Of a DNA stretch of 58,585 bases, positions 37,651 to 49,309 are shown piece by piece. Position numbers and translations under genes: made by a program. Below the pieces are notes generated by a model. That model worked only from the letters and a program-made list of their open reading frames with translations. It had not been told where the DNA came from and did no database searches. Within the stretch, counting starts at the first letter, position 1. Each line of letters starts with the position of its first letter. The DNA is from Lama guanicoe (Eukaryota): NCBI GenBank assembly GCA_013239625.1, contig MU053594.1, forward strand, positions 1,219,239 through 1,277,823, given 5' to 3'.

Positions 37651-38997
37651 TCTGTGCACATCCATGTATGTTTCATGGGTATTTCTTCCTTGGCCCCAGG
37701 ATCCAGGCACTGCTCAAAACCTCTCCGACCAGATGGGGACCATCTCTCCTGTACAACAGCCCAGATGGTGGCTTCAGCAGGCAGGATTATTTAGGGGTGA
37801 TCTTCTCCCAACCTCCTCCTTCCCAGCTCTCACTTAATTACCCAGCATGCCTCATAAATAAAGGGGGAGGGATTGCCTTCGCCTTGTGAGCGTAAATGTT
37901 TTCTAAATGATATTGTTCCTGCAGCTTCCGAGAGCCTCGTAAACATGCCCGGCCCCAGATTTATTACTTGACGATAATCCTGCTTAGCCAGCTGGTGAGA
38001 TTCATAGTTCTGACCCCTTCTCTAGTGTCCTCCTCTCCCTCACCTTGTTAAGGGGAACCGGGGGTTAAGGGTGAAAGGTCTCAGAGCCTCAGGGGCTATG
38101 ACTCGGGCCAGCCTCCAGCAGACTGATGCTCTCAACCAATTTTGAGTGCTACTGCCTTTCCCCCTTACATCTGCTCCCAAAGCATTTCTAGCCAGCCTGC
38201 TCCCCCTACACACACACCCGGAGAAAACCTCCAGGAGGTCTGTGGTAGCAAGACAGACCTCCTCAGCAGGAGTGAGGGGGACACGCACAGCCCTGCTGCT
38301 CTCCTCTGCACGTTTGTCCCCGCAAAACCTCCTCAGTAGAACCCAGCTCACCCGTGCCCATGCAGGGAAAGTCCAGAAGATCCCCGCAGGCATCAGCAAA
38401 TGGCTTCAGAATCCTTCCAGCACCTCCTGCCCATCTGATTTGCAGCTTTTCTAGTTTCAAGACCCTCCTACACTCATTTTGGCTTCGTAATTCGGATTCT
38501 CCACTCTTGTCTCGACAGCCTGGTTTTAAATCAGCTCTCCTAGCTGGCTTTGGATCCTCAGGTCAGTGTGACTTCTATTCTCTGAGTTTGGTTCAGACAT
38601 GTGCATAAGAGATCTTGCAGGCCAGAGGCAGAAGCGCCCCCTTGTCCGGTGGCCTTCGTGACAGAAGAGGGACCTTCGACCGATTACTGTTGACACTGAG
38701 GCCAAGTTGTCATCATTTCTGGAACGCACATCCTGTTATCTGTGTGGGCAAATGAGTGTCATACAAATATATCTGAGCCATATGGCTTCAGCCTTAAGGC
38801 CTGGTTTCCTACAGTGCCACATTAAAAAAAAAAAACAAATTTAACTCCAAAAGCTGTGAAAAATCAGTGTCATTTTCCCCCTCTGAAGGTCCTTGAAGAA
38901 ATGGCAAAGGGGAACATAAATCACATCACACAGAGGAAAGCATTCTAAAATCCCTGTTTACTCATCTGTCTCTCCACAGTCCTACCGTAACCAACCG

Positions 38998-39175
38998 CAG
39001 AGTTGCAGAATACAGTTACTCAGGTTGCGCACTGCACAACTCAAAGGGGTATCACTCATACTTGTAGCCATCATAAATATGTATTTATTATCACAGTTTT
39101 CTGCCAGATGGCACTAATGTGTTTTGAAGAAAGAATGACTCTTCCATTTTTCTATATGGCAGTTTCTCTAATTCC
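38998..39175 (+). mobile_element. MER91A-like hAT-Tip100 MITE
   Basis: caggttgcgcactgcacaactc...tatttattatcacagttttctgccagatggcactaatgtgttttgaagaa. Confidence 0.7.
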
Positions 39176-39924
39176 TCTTTTCCAACTCTCTTTCCCCAGG
39201 TCCCCCACCTGTGCTTTACCTCCTCCATTTCTCTCATTGGGCGCATCCTCTCACCCTGGATCTTTTCTGTGGAGTGTGGTCCATGCCCTCCCTGGACCAT
39301 GAGTTTAACCTCAGCCCCTTCCAGATCTTTGCTGTCCTCTGTCACTGTCACCATTCCCCAGGACCAGGTCTGTGGAAACAATGACTCCCCTTTACAGAGT
39401 GACGTTGCTACCCCTCAGGCTCCAGGGGCTCGTGCTGTCAAGAAGAAGATCTGAGAAGCCAGAGGAGACAGAAGAAGAAACTCCTGCAGCTGGAGGCTAC
39501 TGATCTGCTCTCTGCCACTCACCCAGCCAGTCCCTACAGCCAGGCACATCTGGGGATCTGAAAGGACTCCAAGGAAGTGCCCCCAGGGCCTCTCTCTCAT
39601 CCCTCCTAGAATCTCACGTTATCTCTGTGGAGTGATTCCTTTTCTTTCTCACGAACTTGAGTTTCTCCCCTGGCAACTTGAGCCACAGCCTCTGGTTCGG
39701 ACCCGGAGTGGGGAGGGGACGTGGCACTGGTCTCCCCGCTCTCCTCTGCACAAGATTTCCACATCAGCCATCTCCTCTCCAGATAGTATTTCCCAAAGTA
39801 TGAATTGGGAGGGGAAGGAATGGCTCTAATAAATCCACTAATCTTGGGCTCCTCGGAGAGTGGGCCCTGGTGCCCATCTGCCCCTTATCTTCTTAGGTCT
39901 TGCTTGCATTAGCATATTCATTCA

Positions 39925-40005
39925 TTCTCTCTCTCTCTCTCCCCCTCTCTCTCTCCCCCCTCTGCCTCTGTCTCTCTGTCTCTCTCTCTCGCCCCCTCTC
40001 TCTCC
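39925..40005. repeat. (CT)n polypyrimidine microsatellite
   Basis: About 80 bp of imperfect TC repeat. Confidence 0.9.
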
Positions 40006-41219
40006 AGGCTAAATCCTGACTGAGAGTTTCCAGCGGACTCTGATGTCTGGAGCAGAGGCTCCATCATACTCTATATCATTTAGCCAGTGCTTCTCAGAGA
40101 ACTTGATTCCCTACTCCCCACCGTGCCGCTCTGCCCTGCAGATGCTGCCTTGGGAAGGCATTTGCTTTTCCAGCGGTGGAGAGCAGGTGTCCCCAGACCT
40201 TTGCCGCCGCCCAGGCCAGGCTCCTCTCAGTGCAGTTGATTCCTCCTCCTTTACACTGGAGGTCCCCTGACACCCCAGCCCCATGCAATGCATTAGTCCT
40301 TTCAGGGCAGCTGGTTCCATAGAGAGTGCCCTCCATTGAGACCTCCGGAACAGTCCCTGCTGTGATGGAAGGCAGCCATGGACTCCTGTTCCCCAAGGTC
40401 TCTTGGGGGCTGCTGGTTAATTGGTCGCTGCCTCCTGTGCAGATGTGGGCGGGGGAGCCCCGGTCTAGGGCACAGAGCCCACACAGCGGTGGGACGAGGG
40501 TCTGCTCTCTTTCCTGCCCTTTCTCTCTTCACTCTCTCTTTCCCCAAATTCTCCAGGCCCCTCTGTCTTTTCCCTAAATAACACATCATAGTCTAAGCAA
40601 ATCAATCACCCTTGCTCAACATGCTCCTTCTCCCCCCCCGGGGGGGGGCTTTTTGGAGAACGTGGTACAATCTTCCTGTCTTTTATCATCTGCTGAAACC
40701 CAGCAGAGAGGAGCAGCCGTTCCTGTCAGCACGTTAAGAACAATCTACTTGGGATGGGACGGAGGAGACGGGAGGAGGCAGAGCAGACACAAGCCGGGCT
40801 CCTCAGTCCGTCCCTGCGGGGGTGAGCTGGGCTCTCCACCCTGCACATCCCCTGCCACACACGTGCGTCCGTTCCAGAGACTTCCAGCACCAGCGCTTAC
40901 GGCCTCGTCCCCTGGGGTTGTCGGTGTCGTTCCTCGCCCCTCTGAGTGTTTAGAGATGGAGTCATCACGGACGACGTGATACTGGTGATAGGGCAGGACA
41001 GAGGATGGAAATGCGGTTAGCTGCAGAGCATGGAAGTGAGAAAATGCAGGCTGGCCCCAAAGTGCTGGATGGAAATGTGGCGGGAACAAGGTTGCTGAAA
41101 CCAAAACATAGATGAGGAAGTGAAAAGGAGGCTGGAGATGATCGTGGGAGGCTTGGCGAAGAGGTGGACACTTTATTCTGTGGGCAGTTGGGACTCAGGC
41201 AGCCTAACATTCAGGTAGT

Positions 41220-42010
41220 GGCCAAGACTGCCTTGGACATCTTGTCTCCAACCCCTCTGCCCCTCCCCAGGCTGTCATCCTCCCTCTCTCCCTGTTTCTT
41301 TTCTCTTCCACTCCAAGCCATCCTGGACCTGGCTGCCAGAGAGTCCTTCCCGAAGCCCAGTTCCAAATTTGTCCTCACGCTTAGAATTCTTCAACAGCCC
41401 CCCGCCCTGCCCGCCCTGCCTGTCAATAGCTTCCTTCTCATGACCCAGCCCAGCACTGAGGGCCCCCATGTCTTAGTTTTGCTCTTTCATTCTAGCCTTA
41501 TTTCCTCTTTCTTAAAAATCAGCTTCTGCCTTAGATAAGCACATTTGCGTAAAGCAACTTAATTTTACTGAAAATTTCTTCTAGAATGACATTTTACTGC
41601 AGATTAACGAACAAATCTGTGACAGCACTAGAAGTCACATTGAGAGATTGCCGCCTGGGAGACTTTGCTTGGTCCTATAGCCTCATTTCCTCTTAACACA
41701 ACCCCAGAGCCATTCAAACCAAGCCACCGATTGGCTCACCCTGTGTTCTGTTCAACACTGTGACATCCAAACCGCCCCCACCTTTCCAGGTCTGGTACAG
41801 AGGACACTTTCAGTAGGAAGTTTCTCCCATGGTTTTCTCCTCTGTGCTCCCATAGCACTTTGTTTATGCCGCTTTGGTTACTTTTTATCTTGATCTATTG
41901 TTATTTTTATGCATATCTCATCCCGCTGCTCCATCCCTGAAAGGGCGGGGTCTACATCTGGCTCCTCCACGGGGCTGAGTTCAGAGCCTGGACAGTCAGT
42001 AAATACCATG
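41220..42010 (+). mobile_element. Scattered L2 fragments
   Basis: ctccaagccatcctggacctggctgccagagagtccttcc; cctctgtgctcccatagcactttgt; cctggacagtcagtaaatac. Confidence 0.55.
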
Positions 42011-43697
42011 GGATGTGCTCTGGTCAAAGGCTGTCTTATGTCATAGGGTAGTGGACATCGGTGGTCACTTTTGCTTCTGTCCTTAAGAAAAAAGTTAAAA
42101 AGAAAAAGAGCAGGGAAAAGACAGACATGAGAAGGAGGCTCTGAGCGGCAGAAGAGAGACAAGAGCGGGGTGTTTATTTCTGGCTTCCCGGGTTGTTTAT
42201 TATCAGCTGCTCTTAGGTACAGCACACCCTTCACATCCCCACCGACAATTATCGAGGAAGCATTCAACTAATTTCCTCAACTCCAACTGCCTTTAGTGTC
42301 ATCTAATTTTAACATTACTCTCAGTTGTTTTTGGAAGATGCAAATAAGCTAAAATGGCAGGTGCCTGCGTGCCCGCCTGCCTGTCTGCCTCCCTGTCCGT
42401 CTGTCTGTCTTTCACTGGGTGGGCCAGGCATTGCGTGGATGTAGGGACTGCCTCTGCTCCCTAAAGCCTGGCCAGACAGGGAACAGGCCACTCCCTGGCT
42501 CAAACAGAGGAAGCGTCAAATAACGGCTTTTATAAGCTTTTAAAGCCATCAGACATTTGTGGATGTCTCCACGGAGAGCAAGAGCTCTGATGTCGGTCCT
42601 GCATCGAACATCAAGTGGTTTAATTACCCTGATTGTTGGACAGCGAGTGAGTGCGATGTGGTAAGCTGGGACCGAGGAACTAGCTCTGGCCACTGGCAGC
42701 GGAGACACTCAGACCTTCCATGCAAGAAGCCTGCGGGGAAAAGGACCACTGAGGAGTCTTCTGGTTCGTTCTCTGCACCCCGGCAGGACGCCTGGCCATT
42801 AGGGAGGAAAGCCGGCAGCCCTCCTTGTCACCTGCCCCAGGCTTTATAACATTCATGTCAAGATTTTTTTTTTTTTTTTTGCTGTACCTCCCTTGCGCTT
42901 GCCCTAACTTCAGCCTAACTATATTGTTTTGGTCTCAGTGGAGACAAAGAATTGCTTTTGGGCTCAGTTTTGTTGTCTATAGAAATAAAACTCTGTTTAA
43001 ACAGTTATACATCAATTTCTACTAACTTTGAGTAGCATATATATTTTAAAAACAAAACATACACAAAAACATACACATTTTCAAACAAGACCATATTCGC
43101 TATACTGTGCCTCCCAGGTACTAAGTGTTTCTTCCACCTACACGATTTCATGTACTTTTCACAGCAATCCCATGATTCAGATACCTTCGCAATCTCCTTT
43201 TTCTCTGTTGAAAGAAAAAAAAATTCTATGAGATGGAGCAACTCCCCAGGGCTACACAGCCAGCCTGGAACCAGATTTTGGGGTTCCAAAGCCAGCATTT
43301 CTGCTACACTAGGCTGTCCCTCATTGAATGTCTTCTGAATGTTGTTTGGAAGTGGGTAGTGTCAGCCTCACGGCGTTAGATGGCTGTTCATTGGATAACT
43401 TCTGTCTGAGCACAGCTTCCTCTGTCCTAGACACTGGGCAGACGCTCAGCATCGCAGTTAACCAGTTAACTAGTCAAGTACAATTCTGATAAAAGCTACA
43501 GTTGAGCCTCCCTTCCTCCCACTCGTCACCCTTTGGTTTCTTGATGCTCTATTTGCGTCGCCAAATACTACCTCCGTTCCCTGCCTTCCTCCAAGCCCCA
43601 AATCAAAATCATAGACATTGGTTCCTTAGAAACAGCATTAACTCACCAAGTCACACTAGAGGGTTAATGACTAACAGCTGAGTGTCTTAGTTTTCCT

Positions 43698-44041
43698 GTA
43701 AGACTTCCTAGAGAATTTTTTTTAAAGAACATTGACTCTCCAAACTAGGGTACATCTAGACATACATGACGATTTTCCGAAGGGTACGTTGAAGAGAATC
43801 AATTTCCACCTCTGCATCACCCAACACACCCTTTCCTAAAGCTGGTCTCCAGGGAACGAGCCTCCTAGTAAGACTTCCTAGAGAATTTTTTTCAAAGAAC
43901 ATTGGAGAACATCTCCAAACTAGGGTACATCTAGACATACATGACGATTTTCTGAAGGGTACGTTGAAGAGAGTCAATTTCCACCTCTGCTTCACCCAAC
44001 ACACCCTTTCCTAAAGCTGGTCTCCAGGGAACGAGCCTCCT
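43698..44041 (+). repeat. Diverged tandem duplication, two units of about 170 bp
   Basis: 43698-43867 and 43868-44041 align with about 4 substitutions and one small indel. Confidence 0.95.
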
Positions 44042-44274
44042 GTTGAGATGCCACACTGTTCCTGCCTTCCCACATCCCCTTTCACAGTCGCCTTTCTCCC
44101 ACTTTACAAAAGAAAAGCATCCCTCTGGCTTGTTCTAAATCTTCCTCTGATGCATGACTTGTGCAAAGGTAAACCACCTCCAGAGCATCAAGAAAAGCAA
44201 CAATTCAAAACATCAATATATCAGTCAGGCATTAGCTCAGAAAAGAGAAACCTTTCTAAGCAAGAAGGAACGTA

Positions 44275-45808
44275 GCTATTAACAACGATCATTAATAAAT
44301 ATGCTATGATAAGCCCCCCACTTACTTGTCACTCAGCACATCCTCTGCCTCCGGCATTTGTGTTGTTACACTAATCTACATGCGTCCATGGACACAAATT
44401 AATCGTACAAAGGATTTTTGAGATTTTGAGGTTTTTTTGAGGTTTTGAGATTTTGAGATTGTGAGAGAGTTTTCCAAAATATTTTGCTTTGCATATTTAA
44501 TATTTCACTAAAATATTATATGTGTATGTTAACCATCACTGCCCGAACAGCCACTGCACACCAGGAAACTACACTTGGGACCCCAAAGCTGTGACCCAGG
44601 AATTAGAGAGTGGGTCAGGAAGTTGCCAACGCCCATGGCTGTTGTTTGACACACAGAAAGTGGGAGAATGAACACTGGAAACTGCTGCGGAAAAACTTCA
44701 ACCTTCCTGACCAGGGGAGACCATCAGAAGCCCCAGGAAGGATGCTCTGTCTCACTTCCCCATTACAAATTCCACACAAGTGCATCAAATGGCAGAAATT
44801 CCCAGTACCCCCATCCTATGTGCAAGGGAGCACCGAAAGTGCAGTTGTTAGCTTTTCATCCTTTCCAAATACGAGTGTGAAATAGAGATGGAAGAGCCAC
44901 TCCAAGTACCTGCCCCAGCTGGTGTCCACAAAACTTTAAATTCAAGGCACCGTAAACTTTCCAGGGGCTCCCATCTTTCCTTGCCTTACACATATTTCTG
45001 GGAAGGATCAGGTATGGTATGTTGGGATGTATGGATTTCATAGGCTGATGGGAACAATGAGTTTGAATTTAAAACCCTTACCTCTTCCATCCCCAACTCC
45101 CGAGGGACAAGCTCACAAGCAAAGAGCGGCGAGACGGTCAGTAGGAGATATGAAGGCAGCTTTGTTTCATCCAGGGCACAAATTCACGGCAAGGTGCTAC
45201 ACAGCTTAGAATTAGAATGTTGAAGGTTTATGAAAAGCTAGATGGGAAATATCAGTCTCCTGATGAGGCATCTGGTCTGTGGGCTGACCATTCTCAAGAG
45301 AGAACTTGGTGACTGACTCTCAGTTCCACACTTTGCATGTTTGCAAGGAGAAGGTGAGAAGTCCCACCCTTCTGTCCGACTGCTCAATAAAGCACCTTCA
45401 GGTCATGGCAACATTTACTCAAGGGGCAGCCATCACACTTGGGCACCATCTCCATCTTGTTGCCAGCCACTTTTCTACTCAGTCATTCGTTCCTACCGTG
45501 AGATTTAGATGAATTTAATGAAAATATATTGTGGGTCCTATTGCAGAGAATGCTATTAACAACGATCATTAATAAATATGCTCTGATAAGCCCCCCACTT
45601 ACTTGTCATTCAGCACATCCTCTGCCTCCGCCATTTGTGTAGTAACACTAATCTACATGCGTCCATGGACACAAATTCATCGTGCAAAGGATTTTTGAGA
45701 TTTTGAGATTTTTTTTGAAGTTTTGAGATTTTGAGATTGTGAGAGAGTTTTCCAAAAGATTTTGCTTTGCATATTTAGTATTTCACTAAAATATTATATG
45801 TGTATGTT
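44275..45808 (+). repeat. Direct repeat of about 256 bp (44275-44530 and 45552-45808) flanking a unique segment of about 1 kb
   Basis: Manual alignment gives about 11 substitutions over about 256 bp. Confidence 0.95.
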
Positions 45809-45825
45809 TGTAACACAGTATGTTT

Positions 45826-46075
45826 ATAGAATACTGATTATATTATACTAATTATTTTATAATACATATAATACTAATTATGTAATATATAATACTGATT
45901 GTTTTAATCATATTTTAATCATATAATACTAATTATTTTAAAAATTAGTATTATATAATACTAATTATTTTATACTATATATAATTATAGTATACTAAGT
46001 ATTTAATATATACTATAATAATTATATAATACTAATTATTATATAATACTAATTATTTTAATAACATTTTAATTT
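45826..46075. repeat. AT-rich minisatellite (unit about ATAATACTAATTATT) with internal inverted repeats
   Basis: Many ataatactaattatt variants; 14-bp perfect inverted arms at 45921-45934 and 45943-45956. Confidence 0.9.
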
Positions 46076-47025
46076 GAAGAAAAATACCACTTAGAGCTCT
46101 ATGGTCACAGGAATTTTTAAAAATTACTTTCAGTGTATATATGACATGTTGATCAATGAGAGTCTTTCAAGTATAAGAGTGTATAATATTACAGTAAAGT
46201 TCTGTGGGAAAGTGAAATGGAATTCAAGGAGAAAAAGGAAGAAAGGGAATTTCCTTGCTGTTGGAGAGCTTTCTGTTGCTGCTGCTGTTGTTTTTCAAGA
46301 TGAACTTGCTGTGATATTTAGTTTCCTTCCAACAAATCTGAAAGAATGCTGTAGCAATTTTATTATAAAATGGCAAAAGAGCCTGGGCGCAGCATCTTAT
46401 GAAACGATTTGAACCTCTGATGTAAAAACTATTCAATGTCAGCTTGAAAATATGCAAGGCAGTACTTGGGTTTTCTCGTTTCTTTCAGGGAGCCCATGAG
46501 TCAAACGTTTGAGGATGTCCATTCTGGAGCCGGCAATGGCCAAACCCAAGGAACGGACCTGGAATGAAGAAACTGTGAGCAGGCAGAGGGCAGAGGGCAA
46601 ATACTTCCGACCAGGGTCAACGCAGGGAGGTGACATGTGCCCACCAGGCCTTTTACTTGCAACGTCTCATTTCAATTCCCAAGCCCCCACCAAGGGAGGC
46701 ATTCATGCCAAGCGTGCTGGTCCTGGAGCCGGACTGCCTGGACTGTAGTCCTGGCTCTTCCCCCTGCTGGCTGGTGACCCTGGACACATGGCTGTAACTC
46801 TACGAAAGCCGGTCCCTCATAGTTTATAGGGAAGATCAGCCCCATCTCCCGAGGCTGCCGTGAGGACCCAGTGTGAGCATTCGTGCCGAGTCCGTAGAGC
46901 GGCACCAGCCTGGGAAAGGACTCGCTGAACATTCGCTATTTGTACCCACACCCAAGAAGGAAACCGAGGCCCGGAGGGGCTGAGTACCTTGAGACTTGGC
47001 CCAGCCGTCCCGGCCGCACGGCGCC

Positions 47026-47701
47026 NNNNNNNNNNNNNNNNNNNNNNNNNNNNNNNNNNNNNNNNNNNNNNNNNNNNNNNNNNNNNNNNNNNNNNNNNNN
47101 NNNNNNNNNNNNNNNNNNNNNNNNNNNNNNNNNNNNNNNNNNNNNNNNNNNNNNNNNNNNNNNNNNNNNNNNNNNNNNNNNNNNNNNNNNNNNNNNNNNN
47201 NNNNNNNNNNNNNNNNNNNNNNNNNNNNNNNNNNNNNNNNNNNNNNNNNNNNNNNNNNNNNNNNNNNNNNNNNNNNNNNNNNNNNNNNNNNNNNNNNNNN
47301 NNNNNNNNNNNNNNNNNNNNNNNNNNNNNNNNNNNNNNNNNNNNNNNNNNNNNNNNNNNNNNNNNNNNNNNNNNNNNNNNNNNNNNNNNNNNNNNNNNNN
47401 NNNNNNNNNNNNNNNNNNNNNNNNNNNNNNNNNNNNNNNNNNNNNNNNNNNNNNNNNNNNNNNNNNNNNNNNNNNNNNNNNNNNNNNNNNNNNNNNNNNN
47501 NNNNNNNNNNNNNNNNNNNNNNNNNNNNNNNNNNNNNNNNNNNNNNNNNNNNNNNNNNNNNNNNNNNNNNNNNNNNNNNNNNNNNNNNNNNNNNNNNNNN
47601 NNNNNNNNNNNNNNNNNNNNNNNNNNNNNNNNNNNNNNNNNNNNNNNNNNNNNNNNNNNNNNNNNNNNNNNNNNNNNNNNNNNNNNNNNNNNNNNNNNNN
47701 N
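47026..47701. other. Assembly gap
   Basis: Run of N. Confidence 1.
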
Positions 47702-48204
47702 TGAGATTTTGAGATTGTGAGAGAGTTTTCCAAAAGATTTTGCTTTGCATATTTAGTATTTCACTAAAATATTATATGTGTATGTTTGTAACACAGTATG
47801 TTTATAGAATACTGATTATATTATACTAATTATTTTATAATACATATAATACTAATTATGTAATATATAATACTGATTGTTTTAATAATATTTTAATCAT
47901 ATAATACTAATTATTTTAAAAATTAGTATTATATAATACTAATTATTTTATAATAATTATATAAACAAATTATTTTAATAGTAGTATATATACTAATTAT
48001 TTAAATAGTTATAATACTAATTATTTTATACTATATATAATTATAGTATACTAAGTATTTAATATATACTATAATAATTATATAATACTAATTATTATAT
48101 AATACTAATTATTTTAATAACATTTTAATTTGAAGAAAAATACCACTTAGAGCTCTATGGTCACAGGAATTTTTAAAAATTACTTTCAGTGTATATATGA
48201 CATG
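47702..48204 (+). repeat. Near-identical copy of 45724-46148 with a longer minisatellite
   Basis: Same flanks; about 78 bp extra inside the AT-rich repeat; bounded by gaps on both sides. Confidence 0.92.
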
Positions 48205-48773
48205 NNNNNNNNNNNNNNNNNNNNNNNNNNNNNNNNNNNNNNNNNNNNNNNNNNNNNNNNNNNNNNNNNNNNNNNNNNNNNNNNNNNNNNNNNNNNNNNN
48301 NNNNNNNNNNNNNNNNNNNNNNNNNNNNNNNNNNNNNNNNNNNNNNNNNNNNNNNNNNNNNNNNNNNNNNNNNNNNNNNNNNNNNNNNNNNNNNNNNNNN
48401 NNNNNNNNNNNNNNNNNNNNNNNNNNNNNNNNNNNNNNNNNNNNNNNNNNNNNNNNNNNNNNNNNNNNNNNNNNNNNNNNNNNNNNNNNNNNNNNNNNNN
48501 NNNNNNNNNNNNNNNNNNNNNNNNNNNNNNNNNNNNNNNNNNNNNNNNNNNNNNNNNNNNNNNNNNNNNNNNNNNNNNNNNNNNNNNNNNNNNNNNNNNN
48601 NNNNNNNNNNNNNNNNNNNNNNNNNNNNNNNNNNNNNNNNNNNNNNNNNNNNNNNNNNNNNNNNNNNNNNNNNNNNNNNNNNNNNNNNNNNNNNNNNNNN
48701 NNNNNNNNNNNNNNNNNNNNNNNNNNNNNNNNNNNNNNNNNNNNNNNNNNNNNNNNNNNNNNNNNNNNNNNNN
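48205..48773. other. Assembly gap
   Basis: Run of N. Confidence 1.
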
Positions 48774-49300
48774 TGCCGTGAGGCCCAGTGTGAGCATTCG
48801 TGCCGAGTCCGTAGAGCGGCACCAGCCTGGGAAAGGACTCGCTGAACATTCGCTATTTGTACCCACACCCAAGAAGGAAACCGAGGCCCGGAGGGGCTGA
48901 GTACCTTGAGACTTGGCCCAGCCGTCCCGGCCGCACGGCGCCGCCCGCCCCCGGCCCGCGGGGATGGCCGCCCGCCGCTGCTCTGTCTTCTCGCCCCTTC
49001 CTGCCTCCCTGGGCTTCTCTCCCTCCCCATCTCCACGGAGGCTGGTGGCACAGAGGCCGCCGCAGGGCAGTTGTCCTGGGGGGCACGGTGAGGCGCTGGG
49101 TGGAGCTGCTGCCCGGAAGGAGGGGACCGAGAGCACAGTGCCCTTCAGTCAGGGTCAGGCTGAGGGAGGTCAAGGGCAGGAGGCTTAGCTCCTCCCGGGC
49201 ATCTTCAGGCCAGGCCCCCAGACGCCTCAGTCAGCAAGGCTCCACCCCCAACACTCCTGAATCAACGTTCTCCGGCAGCATCTCACGCCTTCTGTGTGTG
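48774..49300. promoter_or_regulatory. CpG-island-like region with GC boxes (first ~170 bp duplicate 46856-47025)
   Basis: ccgcacggcgccgcccgccccggcccgcggggatggccgcccgccgc; several CCGCCC motifs. Confidence 0.55.
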
Positions 49301-49309
49301 AACCCCAGC

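Noticed and set aside
40632..40654. Rho-independent terminator (GC stem plus T run)
   Set aside because: No loop, no upstream gene, and mammalian DNA
44275..45808. LTR retrotransposon interpretation of the direct repeats
   Set aside because: No TG...CA termini, TSD, PBS, PPT or gag/pol remnants
45826..46075. CRISPR-like repeat array
   Set aside because: Degenerate AT-rich tandem units with no unique spacers; eukaryotic context; no cas genes
46836..49136. Several 200-316 aa ORFs
   Set aside because: Made mostly of X from assembly gaps
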